A DNA stretch of 64,000 nucleotides from Haliangiales bacterium (GCA_038321315.1 JBBQEX010000005.1:36097-100096), one strand, 5' to 3'; numbered from the stretch's first letter, positions 49,130 through 59,039 are shown. Numbers and translations: made by a program. The notes: generated from the sequence alone by a model not told the origin.

Positions 49130-49717
49130 CTACTCCCGCGGCATCACGCCATCGAAGAACATCGACTCGACGCCCGCCGCGATCTGCTGCGCGTCGAGTG
49201 CGCCGTTCGGCCGGTACCACTTGTACGTCCACAGCACGACGCCGAGAAAGTTGAACGCCGCGATCGTCGGATCGACCGCGCGGATCTGGTTCTGCGCGAT
49301 CGCGTCGCGAAACGACTGCTCGAGGAACCGCACGTAGTTCTTCTTGCGCGCGTTGATCGCCTTCTTCGCCTCGCCGGTCAGCGTCTGATGCTCGTGAAGG
49401 ATGATCGTGACCTCCTTGGACGAGTCGGTCACCAGCTCCATGTTGCGCGCCATCGTCGCGCGCAGCCGCGCCAGCGGATCCGTGATGTGCGAGACCTTGT
49501 CGAGGACGCGCTCCTCGAACAGATCCATGCCGTAGTGCATGATCGCGAGCAGCATCGCTTCCTTGGTGCGGATGTGATGGTAGAGGCCGGCCTTGGTGAG
49601 CTCGCACGCCTCCGCGATCTCCTGCATCGAGGTCGCTTCGTAGCCCTTCTCGCAGATCAGCCGAGCCGCGTGCTCGAGGATCTCGCGATACCGCAGATCG
49701 CTCGGCGCTCGGGTCAT
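49130..49717 (-). CDS. TetR family transcriptional regulator (upstream of mvaS, AibR-like position)
   Basis: YEATSMQEIAEACELTKAGLYHHIRTKEAML is the TetR HTH. Stop is 4 nt before the mvaS start. Confidence 0.85.
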   Translation of the reverse strand: MTRAPSDLRYREILEHAARLICEKGYEATSMQEIAEACELTKAGLYHHIRTKEAMLLAIMHYGMDLFEERVLDKVSHITDPLARLRATMARNMELVTDSSKEVTIILHEHQTLTGEAKKAINARKKNYVRFLEQSFRDAIAQNQIRAVDPTIAAFNFLGVVLWTYKWYRPNGALDAQQIAAGVESMFFDGVMPRE

Positions 49718-49813
49718 CCAAGACGTGTAACACGGCGAAGCCTATGGGGGAATGACGCATCCTAACCTCGGACCGACCGGTCGGTAGGTCAAAGGTATGC
49801 GCGATGACGCAGA

Positions 49814-52030
49814 GTGTCAAGACGCAGGTCAGCTACCGTGGATCGGGTGCGTTGGGTCGTCGCGGTCGTGCTCGTGATCGGTGGAGGATGTCACCGATTT
49901 TTCGGCATCGACTCGCTGCCATTGCCGGACTCATCGTCGCCCGCCGATGGGGATCCGCTGCCCGGCCGCTGGCTCGCGGTGGCGCCGGGCACGTCGCACA
50001 TGTGCGCGATCGATCGCGTCGATCACTCGCTGTGGTGCTGGGGATCGAACGTCCAGGGCGAGGTCGGGACCGGGACGTCGGAGGTCGAGGTCTCCACCCC
50101 GCAGCGCGTCGGCGCCGCGCCGTGGCGCGCGATCGCGAGCGGCCAGGCGTTCTCGTGCGGCATCGAGGACGATGGCTCGCTGTGGTGCTGGGGGCACAAC
50201 ACCGAGGGCGAGCTCGGGATCGGCGGGGTCGATGCCGCGCACACGCCGACGCTCGCGTCCAGCCCCGCGTGGACCTCGGTCGCCGCGACGTCGTACGACG
50301 CGTGCGCGATCCGCGCCGACGGATCGTTGTGGTGCTGGGGCTACAACAACGTCGGTCAGCTCGGCGACGGCACGATCCAGAACCGGGTCTCGCCGGTGCT
50401 GATCGATCCCGGACCGTGGATCTCGATCAGCGCGGGCGCGACGTTCACGTGCGGCGTCAAGCAGGATCACTCGGGGTGGTGCTGGGGCGCCGGCACCTCG
50501 GGGCAGCTCGGGATCCCGTTCTCGTCGCTGCTGACGCCGAGCGCGCCACTCGCCGGCAGCTGGCTGCAGATCGCCGCCGGGATCGACTCGGCGTGCGGCA
50601 TCACGGTCGATCACGCGCTGCGATGCTGGGGCGCGAACCAGTTCGGCGTCGTCGGCGATGGCTCGATGAGCGGGCAGACGCTGCCGGTCGCGGTGCCGGT
50701 CGATGGCGTCGATCGCACCGACTGGAGCGACCTCGCGATCGCCGGGCAACACGCGTGCGCGCTGCGCACCGATCACACGATGTGGTGCTGGGGCGACGAC
50801 CGCCGCGGCGAGCTCGTGCAGACCCTGGCGATCGGCTACGCGCCGACGCCGGTCGCGATCGGCGGCGCCGACTGGCAGGCGATCGCGCTCGGCCCGTCGA
50901 CGACGTGCGCGATCGACGGCGCCCGCGCGCTGTACTGCGCGGGCAACGACAGCGGCTCCGAGCTCGGCGACGGCGGCACGAGCCACCGCGTGCCGACCGC
51001 GGTGCCGCACGCCGCGGCGCAGGTCGTGGCCGGCGGCAACACGACGTGCGTCACCGGCATGGATGGCGTGCTCGCGTGCACGGGCGACAACAGCAGCGGC
51101 GAGCTCGGCGACGGCACGCAGCTGACGACCGGCGGGTTCGCCGTCGTCGGCGCGGGGTACGCCGGCACGGTCGCCGCGGGTTACACGCACACTTGCGCGG
51201 CGAAGACGCTGACCTACTGCTGGGGTGCCAACGGACTCGGCGAGCTCGGCACCGGCACCGCGACGAGCGTCGAGTCCGCGCCGATCAGCGTCGCCGGTGC
51301 GCTGTCGGTGCTCGCCGCCTCGGTGCACACGTGCGGCATCGCGCCGGACACCACACTCTACTGCTGGGGGCCGAACGACTACGGCCAGCTCGCGACCGGC
51401 AACCAGAACCCGGCGCCGACGCCGTTCTCGCTCGGCAGCGGCTGGGTCCGGGTCGGCGTCGGCCGCGATCACACGTGCGGGATCACGACGTCGGGCGCGG
51501 TGTACTGCTGGGGGCGCGGCGCCGAGGGCGAGCTCGGCAGCGTCGCGATGCCGACGCCGTCGACCCAGACCTCGGCGGCCACGGCGGTCGGGATCTCCGC
51601 GGCGTCGCTCGCGCTCGGCGAGTACCACACCTGTGCGCTGTCGGCGGCGAACGACGCGATGTGCTGGGGCTACAACGCCAAGGGGCAGCTCGGGCTCGGC
51701 GATGTCGCGTTGCATCCGTTGCCGGCGCTGCTCCCGAAGAAGTGGACGCAGCTCGCCGCCGGGCTCGCGCATACCTGCGGGATCGAGGCGACGACGCACG
51801 CGCTGTGGTGCTGGGGGGACAACACGCGCGGCCAGCTCGGCGACGGCACGCTGCTCGAGCGCACGATCCCGGTCGCGATCGGCAGCGCGACGTGGAGCGC
51901 GATCACCGCTGGTGGGCAGCACACGTGCGGGCTGCAGACCGACGGCACGCTGTGGTGCTGGGGCAACAACGACTTCGGCCAGCTCGGTACCGGCGACGCG
52001 TGGCTCGCGCACTTCGTGCAGGTGCCGTAG
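49814..52030 (+). CDS. RCC1-repeat beta-propeller protein (about 14 repeats), probable lipoprotein
   Basis: Repeats of (L/M)WCWGxNxxGQLGDG. N-terminal WVVAVVLVIGGGCH. Confidence 0.8.
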   Translation: MSRRRSATVDRVRWVVAVVLVIGGGCHRFFGIDSLPLPDSSSPADGDPLPGRWLAVAPGTSHMCAIDRVDHSLWCWGSNVQGEVGTGTSEVEVSTPQRVGAAPWRAIASGQAFSCGIEDDGSLWCWGHNTEGELGIGGVDAAHTPTLASSPAWTSVAATSYDACAIRADGSLWCWGYNNVGQLGDGTIQNRVSPVLIDPGPWISISAGATFTCGVKQDHSGWCWGAGTSGQLGIPFSSLLTPSAPLAGSWLQIAAGIDSACGITVDHALRCWGANQFGVVGDGSMSGQTLPVAVPVDGVDRTDWSDLAIAGQHACALRTDHTMWCWGDDRRGELVQTLAIGYAPTPVAIGGADWQAIALGPSTTCAIDGARALYCAGNDSGSELGDGGTSHRVPTAVPHAAAQVVAGGNTTCVTGMDGVLACTGDNSSGELGDGTQLTTGGFAVVGAGYAGTVAAGYTHTCAAKTLTYCWGANGLGELGTGTATSVESAPISVAGALSVLAASVHTCGIAPDTTLYCWGPNDYGQLATGNQNPAPTPFSLGSGWVRVGVGRDHTCGITTSGAVYCWGRGAEGELGSVAMPTPSTQTSAATAVGISAASLALGEYHTCALSAANDAMCWGYNAKGQLGLGDVALHPLPALLPKKWTQLAAGLAHTCGIEATTHALWCWGDNTRGQLGDGTLLERTIPVAIGSATWSAITAGGQHTCGLQTDGTLWCWGNNDFGQLGTGDAWLAHFVQVP

Positions 52031-54631
52031 TCACTGCACGAGGCGCGGCGTCGACCGAGACTTCGTGCGCGCCTGATCGGTCGCGAGCGCCGGCAGGCCG
52101 AGCATCGCGCGCAGCGAGCCGGCGATCTCGACGATCGCGTCGTGCGACGTGCGGCTGATGCTCGTCATGTTCGCGAACCCGTGGATCAGCGTCTCGAAGC
52201 GACGGACGATCGCCGGCGAGCCGTTCGCGCGCAGCTGCGCGGCGTAGGCTTCGCCCTCGTCGCGCAGCGGATCGAAGCCCGCGGTGACCACGAGCGCGGG
52301 CGCCTGACCGGCCAGGTTCTTGCCATTGATCGCGCGGACGCGCGGATCGTCGGGCGACTCGCCCGAGGTCTCGATGTACTGCTCGTGGAACCAGGTCGTC
52401 GCCTCGCGCGTCAGCACGAAGCCATCGCCGAACAGGTGCTTCGACGGGTAGTCGCCCGCGCGATCGACCGTGGGATAGATCAACACCTGGCAGGTCGGCG
52501 CCTCGGGCGTGCGCGCGGTGGTCTGCGCGACGACCGTCGCGAGGTTGCCGCCGGCGCTGTCGCCGCACACGGCGATGCGCGTGGCATCGGCGCCGAGCGC
52601 GCTCGCGTGCACGCGGGCCCAGCGATACGCGTGCAGCGTGTCGTCGACCGCGGCCGGGAACGGATGCTCGGGCGCGAGCCGGTACTCGATCGCGAGCACG
52701 TGGACGCCGGCGTGACGACACAGCATGCGGCACAGCTGATCGTGGGTCTCGACATCGCCGAACACGAAGCCGCCGCCGTGGAAGAACACGACGAGCGGTG
52801 CGCGCTGGCTGGTCGGCGGCGCGTAGTGGCGGGCGCGCAGCGCGGGTGACTTCGCGCCTGCCGGGATCGTGAGATCGGCGACCGCGCCGACCTCGACCGG
52901 CGTGCCGTTGATCATCTTCGCGACGCGGCGCTGGCGGATCCGCAGCGCGCCGGGCTCGGCGCCGATGATCTCGTCGTCCTTCGTCATCGCGGCGATCACG
53001 AGCTGCATCTCGGTCGCGAGGGTCTGGCCGTCGACGACGACCGGCGGCTTGCGGAGGAGCGCGCGCTGCACGCGGTCGGGCAGCTTGGCGATCGCGCGAG
53101 CGAGCGAGCCCTTGACGCGCTCGCCACGGGTCAGCACGATCGGCTGGCGGGCGGCGGCGGTCATCGCGTACTCGGCGGGGCGGAACTTCTCGACCTTGCG
53201 CTTGAACGTGAACGTGAAGCCCGGCCACAGCGTCGAGTTGCGGCCGCTCTGATCGAGGTACCAGCTGTCGCAGCCGCCGGAGGTCCACACCGTGCCCTCG
53301 GTGCGCTTCTCGACGTCGGCGACGAACGCCGCCTGCGCCGCGGGCGTCGGCTCGACCGCGCCGATCGCGTGGGTCTTCATGTGGCGGAGCGCACCGAGCA
53401 GGTGCTCGATCTGGCTCTCGATCATCAGGATCACCGAGCTGTGGCCGAGGCCGGTGTTCGGGCCCTGCAAGATGAACAGGTTCGGGAACCCGCTGATCGT
53501 CGTGCCGAGGTGCGCGACCATCTTGCCGTTCCACACCGCGTCGAGCGTCTTGCCCTCGCGACCGCGGATGGCGCGCGCGAATGGGTAGTCCTGCACGTGG
53601 AACCCGGTGCCGAAGATGATCGTGTCGACCGCGTGGGTGCGGCCGTCCTCGGTGACGATGCCGGTCGGGACGACCTCGCGGATCGAGTCCGTGATCACGT
53701 CGACGTTGGGCTTCGCGAGCGCCGGCAGGTAGTTGTCGCTGATGAGGACGCGCTTGCAGCCGAGCGCGTAGCTCGGCGTCAGCTTCGCGCGCAGGACCGG
53801 GTCCTCGACGGTGTCCTCGAGGTAGCGCATCGCGTACCGCTGGGCGAGCTTGCCGACGCGCTTGTCGAGGAACGCGAGCGCCGACGCCTCGCGGTACGCG
53901 AAGATGCCGGCGCGGACCGCGCGCTGCGCGAGCGGCGAGGCGCGCAGGAGCTCCTTCCGGCGCTCCGACAGCGCGCGATCGTTGCGCGGCAGGACCCACG
54001 GCGGCGTGCGCTGGAACAGCGCGAGCGACCCGACCGTGGGCTGGATCGCGGGGACGAACTGGATCGCCGACGCGCCGGTGCCGACGACGGCGACCGCCTT
54101 GCCGGCGAGCTCGACGTCGTGGTTCCAGCGCGCCGAGTGGAACGTCTTGCCGGCGAACGTCGCGAGGCCGGGGAGCGCGGGGAGCTTGGGCTCGCTGAGC
54201 GCACCGACCGCGGCGACCAGCACGTCGGCGGTGAACTCGCCGCGCGAGGTGCCGAGGCGCCAGCGCTGGACGTCGGCGTCCCACGCGACCTCGGTGATCG
54301 CGTGCCCGAGCCGGAGGTGCGGCGCGAGCCCGAACCGCGCCGCGCAGTCGCGCAGGTACTGGAGGATCTCGGCCTGCGGCGAGTACGCGCGCGACCAGCT
54401 GGGGTTCCGTGCGAACGAGAACGAGTACAGGTGCGACTCGACATCGCACGCGCAGCCCGGATACGAGTTGTCGCGCCACACGCCGCCGAGCTGCTCGGCG
54501 CGCTCGAACACCAGGAAGTCGCGCTCGCCTTCCTGGGTGAGCCGGATCGCGGTGCCGAGGCCGCCGAACCCCGAGCCGACGATCGCGACGCGGGTGTGAC
54601 GAGCCGCCGAGGTCGGAGTGAGCTCTCCCAT
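52031..54631 (-). CDS. Fusion protein: type I Baeyer-Villiger flavin monooxygenase (N-terminal) plus alpha/beta-hydrolase esterase of the HSL/LipR family (C-terminal)
   Basis: N-terminal domain has GSGFGG (FAD), the BVMO fingerprint FAGKTFHSARW, and GTGASA (NADPH). C-terminal domain has VVFFHGGGFVFGD (HGGG oxyanion) and GDSAGGNLA (GDSAG nucleophile elbow). A single 866-aa ORF. Confidence 0.85.
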   Translation of the reverse strand: MGELTPTSAARHTRVAIVGSGFGGLGTAIRLTQEGERDFLVFERAEQLGGVWRDNSYPGCACDVESHLYSFSFARNPSWSRAYSPQAEILQYLRDCAARFGLAPHLRLGHAITEVAWDADVQRWRLGTSRGEFTADVLVAAVGALSEPKLPALPGLATFAGKTFHSARWNHDVELAGKAVAVVGTGASAIQFVPAIQPTVGSLALFQRTPPWVLPRNDRALSERRKELLRASPLAQRAVRAGIFAYREASALAFLDKRVGKLAQRYAMRYLEDTVEDPVLRAKLTPSYALGCKRVLISDNYLPALAKPNVDVITDSIREVVPTGIVTEDGRTHAVDTIIFGTGFHVQDYPFARAIRGREGKTLDAVWNGKMVAHLGTTISGFPNLFILQGPNTGLGHSSVILMIESQIEHLLGALRHMKTHAIGAVEPTPAAQAAFVADVEKRTEGTVWTSGGCDSWYLDQSGRNSTLWPGFTFTFKRKVEKFRPAEYAMTAAARQPIVLTRGERVKGSLARAIAKLPDRVQRALLRKPPVVVDGQTLATEMQLVIAAMTKDDEIIGAEPGALRIRQRRVAKMINGTPVEVGAVADLTIPAGAKSPALRARHYAPPTSQRAPLVVFFHGGGFVFGDVETHDQLCRMLCRHAGVHVLAIEYRLAPEHPFPAAVDDTLHAYRWARVHASALGADATRIAVCGDSAGGNLATVVAQTTARTPEAPTCQVLIYPTVDRAGDYPSKHLFGDGFVLTREATTWFHEQYIETSGESPDDPRVRAINGKNLAGQAPALVVTAGFDPLRDEGEAYAAQLRANGSPAIVRRFETLIHGFANMTSISRTSHDAIVEIAGSLRAMLGLPALATDQARTKSRSTPRLVQ

Positions 54632-54649
54632 GAACGCCAGCGTAGGTTG

Positions 54650-55732
54650 CTATTGAACAGTGGTCAATAGTGAACGTCGATGTCCTTGGTTTGGCAGGGA
54701 GAATCGTGCGATCTGCCGGGCGACCGAGCCGAGCTGCTTGGCGAACGAGCCGGTGTTGTACGACTGGCCGTAGCGCTCGCAGATCGCGCGCACCGCCGGC
54801 GCCATCTCGGGATAGCGCGCGGCCGGGATGTCGGGGAACAGGTGGTGCTCGATCTGGTGCGACAGGTGGCCCGACGCGACGTGGAACGCGCGCCCGCCCT
54901 CGATGTTCGCCGAGCCATTGAGCTGGCGCAGGTACCACTCGCCGCGGGTCTCGCCGTCGAGGTCCGTGCGGAACACCGAGACGCCCTCGGGGAAGTGGCC
55001 GCAGAAGATGATCGCGAACGACCACACGTTGCGCATCGCGTTCGCGAGCAGGTTGCCGACCAGGACGCGCGGCGCGTTCAGCCCGGCGAGCAGCGGATAC
55101 GCGACGTAGTCGCGTCCGAACTGCCACGCGGCCTTCTTGAGGAAGCCCGAGGCGCGCGCGCGGAGCTCGGCGAACGACTGCTTGCCGGCGGCGCTCTCGG
55201 CGAGCCGCAGATCGTGCAGCCCGACGCCGTACTGGAACAACAGCGCGAGCAGCGCGGCCGAGACCGGCTGGAACAGGTGGTGCGGCTGCCAGCGCTGCTC
55301 GCCCGAGACCCGCAGAAACTGGTAGCCGATGTCGCGGTCCTTGCCGAGCACGTTGGTGAACGTGTGGTGCTCGTAGTTGTGCGAGTGGCGCCAGTCGTCG
55401 CCGGTGCACGAGGTGTCCCACTCGTAGTGCTTGCCGTCGAGCGCGGGATCGCCGGCCCAGTCGTACTGGCCGTGCATCACGTTGTGCCCGACCTCCATGT
55501 TCTCGAGGATCTTCGATAGCCCGAGCGCGCTCGTGCCGACGAGGAACGACAGCGGTCCGAAGCCGAAGTGGAGCAGGGCGCGACCGGCGACCTCGGTGTA
55601 GCCGACCAGCCGGATCATCTTGCGGATGTGATCGACATCGCGCTGGCCGAGGTCGGCGAGCGTGCGGGTGCGGAGCGCATCGAGCTCCGCGCCGAAGGCG
55701 GCGGTCTCGGCGGGCGTGAGGGTGCGAGTCAT
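54650..55732 (-). CDS. Membrane fatty-acyl desaturase (DesA3/stearoyl-CoA desaturase-like)
   Basis: Three His boxes: HNVMHGQY, HSHNYEHH, HQIEHHLFP. Confidence 0.85.
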   Translation of the reverse strand: MTRTLTPAETAAFGAELDALRTRTLADLGQRDVDHIRKMIRLVGYTEVAGRALLHFGFGPLSFLVGTSALGLSKILENMEVGHNVMHGQYDWAGDPALDGKHYEWDTSCTGDDWRHSHNYEHHTFTNVLGKDRDIGYQFLRVSGEQRWQPHHLFQPVSAALLALLFQYGVGLHDLRLAESAAGKQSFAELRARASGFLKKAAWQFGRDYVAYPLLAGLNAPRVLVGNLLANAMRNVWSFAIIFCGHFPEGVSVFRTDLDGETRGEWYLRQLNGSANIEGGRAFHVASGHLSHQIEHHLFPDIPAARYPEMAPAVRAICERYGQSYNTGSFAKQLGSVARQIARFSLPNQGHRRSLLTTVQ

Positions 55733-55745
55733 GAGTCAGGTCCTT

Positions 55746-56771
55746 TCAGAGTGCGAGTTCGAGATCGCCGCGCGCGACGGACGTGCACAGCCGGATCTCC
55801 TGGTCGGGTTCGGTCGACAGCGCGCCGGTCGCGAGATCCTCGACGACCCCGGAGCGCTTGGTGCAGCGGCACGTGTTGCAGATGCCCATGCGACAGCCGT
55901 GCGCGGGGCGCTCGCCAGCGCGCTCGAGCTGCTCGAGCAGCGTCCCGCTGCCGTCGATCGCGACCGTGCGATCGGCGATCGCGAGATGCACGCGAGCCGG
56001 CGCGTTCGCGGACCTCGTCGCCGGGATCGCGGCGACGAAGCGCTCGCGATGGATCGGCTTGCCCGCCGCCGCAGCGACGAGGTCCATGAGTGGTGCGGGG
56101 CCACACGTGTAGACCTCGCGGGTCGCGAGATCCGGCACGCGCGCCACGAGGTCGGCCGCGGTCAGGTGCGCGCCGGCGTGGACGACGACGCGCAGGCCGG
56201 GAAGGTCGACCGCGTGATGGTGGAACTCGTCGACGAACGCAGCCCGATCCTCGCGGACGGCGTAGACCACGACGACGTCGGTCAGCTCGGCGCGATCGAC
56301 GAGGTCGCGCAGCATGCCGAGGATCGGCGTGATGCCGCTGCCGCCGGCGACGAGCGCGAGCCGCGCGGGCACGCGCTCGGGCAGCACGAAGTCGCCGGCC
56401 GGATCGCCGAGCGTGACGATCGTGCCGCGCCGCACGTGATCGTGCAGGAAGCCAGAGACCCGGCCGCCCGGCACGCGCTTGACGGTGATCGCGACGCGCC
56501 TGCGATCGCCGGGCAACGACGTGATCGAGTAGCAGCGGCGGACGCGCTTGCCGGCGATCTCGAGGTCGACCGGCACGTACTGGCCGGCGGTGTGGCCGGG
56601 CCAGCGCGAGGGCGCGAGCACGAACGTCTTGGTGTCGGTGGACTCGTCGATGATGTCGACGACGCGGGCCCGGCGCTCGCGCAGCGACCACGTGGGCCGC
56701 AGCTCGCCGAGCAGGAAGTTGGCGTGGCGGTCGAGATACAGACGCCGCCAGGCTGTGGAGAGGAGCAGCAT
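55746..56771 (-). CDS. Ferredoxin-NAD(P)H reductase-like oxidoreductase with C-terminal 2Fe-2S ferredoxin domain (desaturase electron donor)
   Basis: RCYSITS FAD-binding motif, GGSGITP NAD-binding motif, and CRMGICNTCRC 2Fe-2S cluster. This is the same arrangement as the Rv3230c partner of DesA3. Confidence 0.85.
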   Translation of the reverse strand: MLLLSTAWRRLYLDRHANFLLGELRPTWSLRERRARVVDIIDESTDTKTFVLAPSRWPGHTAGQYVPVDLEIAGKRVRRCYSITSLPGDRRRVAITVKRVPGGRVSGFLHDHVRRGTIVTLGDPAGDFVLPERVPARLALVAGGSGITPILGMLRDLVDRAELTDVVVVYAVREDRAAFVDEFHHHAVDLPGLRVVVHAGAHLTAADLVARVPDLATREVYTCGPAPLMDLVAAAAGKPIHRERFVAAIPATRSANAPARVHLAIADRTVAIDGSGTLLEQLERAGERPAHGCRMGICNTCRCTKRSGVVEDLATGALSTEPDQEIRLCTSVARGDLELAL

Positions 56772-56877
56772 TTCGGACTCCTTGTTACCTACGCATCCGT
56801 AACCTACGGTCGCGTAGGTAAGATGTCAACGAGTTTTCGACTGCGGACCTCCGTACGCGTAGTAAGAAGCGAGAATC

Positions 56878-57495
56878 ATGTCGTCCAGAACGCGTCTCAC
56901 CGCGAGCGCACGCCGGGCCCAGCTGGTCGAGGTCGGACGCGGCGTGTTCGCCAAGCACGGCTACGAAGGGACCTCGGTGGAGGAGATCGCGGACCGCGCG
57001 CACGTCTCGAAGCCCGTGGTCTACGAGCACTTCGGCGGCAAGGAAGGGCTCTACGCGGTCATCGTCGATCGCGAGATGGAGTACGTCGTGCGCCGGATCT
57101 CCGAGTCGATCTCGTCGGGCACGCCGCGCCAGCGCGTCGAGCAGGCCGCGCTCGCGTTCCTGACCTACGTGAAGGATCACCCCGACGGCTTCGCGATCCT
57201 CGCGCACGACACGCCGCTCGCCTCGAAGGAGGCCGGCATGACGTCGCTGCTCGCCGACATCGCGGTCCGCGTCGGCGACGTGTTCGCGGCGTCGTTCAAG
57301 GCGGCGGGCTACGACCCCCGCGCCGCGCCGATCTACGCGCACGCGCTGATCGGGATGGTCACGTTCGTCGGGCGCTGGTGGACGGAGACGCGCAAGCCGC
57401 ACGTCGAGGAGGTCGCGGTCCACATCGCCGCGCTCGCGTGGATGGGCCTGCGGCACCTGCCGAAGCGGCCGCGGTCGTCGCGCGCGTCGTCGTGA
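56878..57495 (+). CDS. TetR family transcriptional regulator, divergent from the desaturase operon
   Basis: YEGTSVEEIADRAHVSKPVVYEHFGGKEGLY is the TetR HTH. Confidence 0.85.
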   Translation: MSSRTRLTASARRAQLVEVGRGVFAKHGYEGTSVEEIADRAHVSKPVVYEHFGGKEGLYAVIVDREMEYVVRRISESISSGTPRQRVEQAALAFLTYVKDHPDGFAILAHDTPLASKEAGMTSLLADIAVRVGDVFAASFKAAGYDPRAAPIYAHALIGMVTFVGRWWTETRKPHVEEVAVHIAALAWMGLRHLPKRPRSSRASS

Positions 57496-59039
57496 TCGCG
57501 CTCGCGCCACCGTTCGAGCTGCCGGCGCGCGTGCCGAGCCCGTTCGCGCTCCCACCGCATCCGATCGCGGTGCGCGCGGCCGAGGCGCTGCGCGCGACGC
57601 TCGGGTCGCGCACCGAGGGCAAGATGTTCGGCGTGCTCGTCGTGCGCGACGGCGATCGCGTCGGTTACCTGTGCGCGTTCTCCGGCATGCTCGACGGCGC
57701 GTGGGACATCCCCGGCTTCGTCGGCCCGGTGTTCGATGCCGTGGCCCGGGATGCGTTCTGGCCGGCCGGCGAGGCCGACCTCGCGGCGATCGATCGCGCC
57801 CTCGACGCCGCGCGGATCGCTGCCGCCGGTCCGCGGGACGCGCTCGCCGCGTTCGACCGCGAGCACGCCACCGCGCTCGACGCGCTGCGCGCCCACCACG
57901 TCGCGAATCGCGCGGCCCGCCACGCGGCGCGCGCGATCGGCGGCGAGGGCCACGCGCTCGATCAGGCGAGCCGCGCCGACACCGCCGAGCGCCGCCGCTT
58001 CGACACGAGCCGATCGGACGCGCGTGCGCCGCTGGTCGCCGCGCTCCGCGACGGCGAGGTCGCGGCGCTCGAGGCGCGACGCACCGACGCCTCGCGAGGC
58101 TACCTGCAGCAGATCTTCGCGACCTACCGGTTCGCCGACGCGCGCGGCGCGGTTCGCGAGCTCGCCTCGCTGTTCGCGCCCGACGCGCCGCCGGGTGGCG
58201 CCGGCGACTGCGCGGCACCCAAGCTGTTCGCGCACGCCTATCGCCAAGGGCTCGTGCCGATCGCGCTCGCCGAGTTCTGGCACGGCCCGCCGCCGCCGAC
58301 CGGCGATCGCCGGCACGGCGTGTACTACCCGGCATGCCGCAGCAAGTGCGGCCCGATCCTGGCGCACGTGCTCGGCGGCCTCGAGGTCGATCCGGCGCCG
58401 GTGTTCGGTGGCGGTGCGATCGATCCGGCCGCGCCGCGCACGCTGTTCGAGGACGCGTGGCTCGCCGTCGTCGACAAGCCGGTCGGCCTGCTCTCGGTCC
58501 CGGGCCGCAGCGGCCAGCTGCGCGACTCGGTGGCGACGCGGCTGCGCGCGCGCTGGCCCGGCGCCGAGGTCGTCCACCGGCTCGACCTCGACACGTCCGG
58601 CGTGATGCTGGTCGCCAAGGATGCCGCGACGTTCGTCGCGCTGCAGCGGATGTTCGCGCGTCGCGAGATCGCCAAGCGCTACGTCGCGATCCTCGATGGC
58701 GACGTGGCCGGCGACCGCGGCACGATCGAGCTCGCGCTGCGCGTCGATGTCGACGATCGACCGCGCCAGATCGTCGATCCGCTGCACGGCAAGGCCGCGG
58801 TCACCGACTGGGAGGTCGTCGCGCGCGGCGGCGGTCGCACGCGCGTCGTGTTCGTGCCGCACACCGGCCGCACGCACCAGCTGCGCGTCCACGCCGCGGT
58901 CGGGCTCGGCGCGCCGATCGCGGGCGACCGGCTGTACGGCCGCGACGGCGAGCGCCTCCTCCTGCACGCCGAGCGGCTCGAGCTCGTGCACCCGCACACG
59001 GGCGCGCCGATCGTCGTCGAGCTACGCGCCGGCTTCTGA
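57492..59039 (+). CDS. RluA-family pseudouridine synthase with N-terminal extension domain
   Basis: GTG overlaps the TetR stop (GTGA). The C-terminus has VVHRLDLDTSGVMLVAKD, the RluA catalytic Asp motif. Confidence 0.7.
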   Translation: MIALAPPFELPARVPSPFALPPHPIAVRAAEALRATLGSRTEGKMFGVLVVRDGDRVGYLCAFSGMLDGAWDIPGFVGPVFDAVARDAFWPAGEADLAAIDRALDAARIAAAGPRDALAAFDREHATALDALRAHHVANRAARHAARAIGGEGHALDQASRADTAERRRFDTSRSDARAPLVAALRDGEVAALEARRTDASRGYLQQIFATYRFADARGAVRELASLFAPDAPPGGAGDCAAPKLFAHAYRQGLVPIALAEFWHGPPPPTGDRRHGVYYPACRSKCGPILAHVLGGLEVDPAPVFGGGAIDPAAPRTLFEDAWLAVVDKPVGLLSVPGRSGQLRDSVATRLRARWPGAEVVHRLDLDTSGVMLVAKDAATFVALQRMFARREIAKRYVAILDGDVAGDRGTIELALRVDVDDRPRQIVDPLHGKAAVTDWEVVARGGGRTRVVFVPHTGRTHQLRVHAAVGLGAPIAGDRLYGRDGERLLLHAERLELVHPHTGAPIVVELRAGF

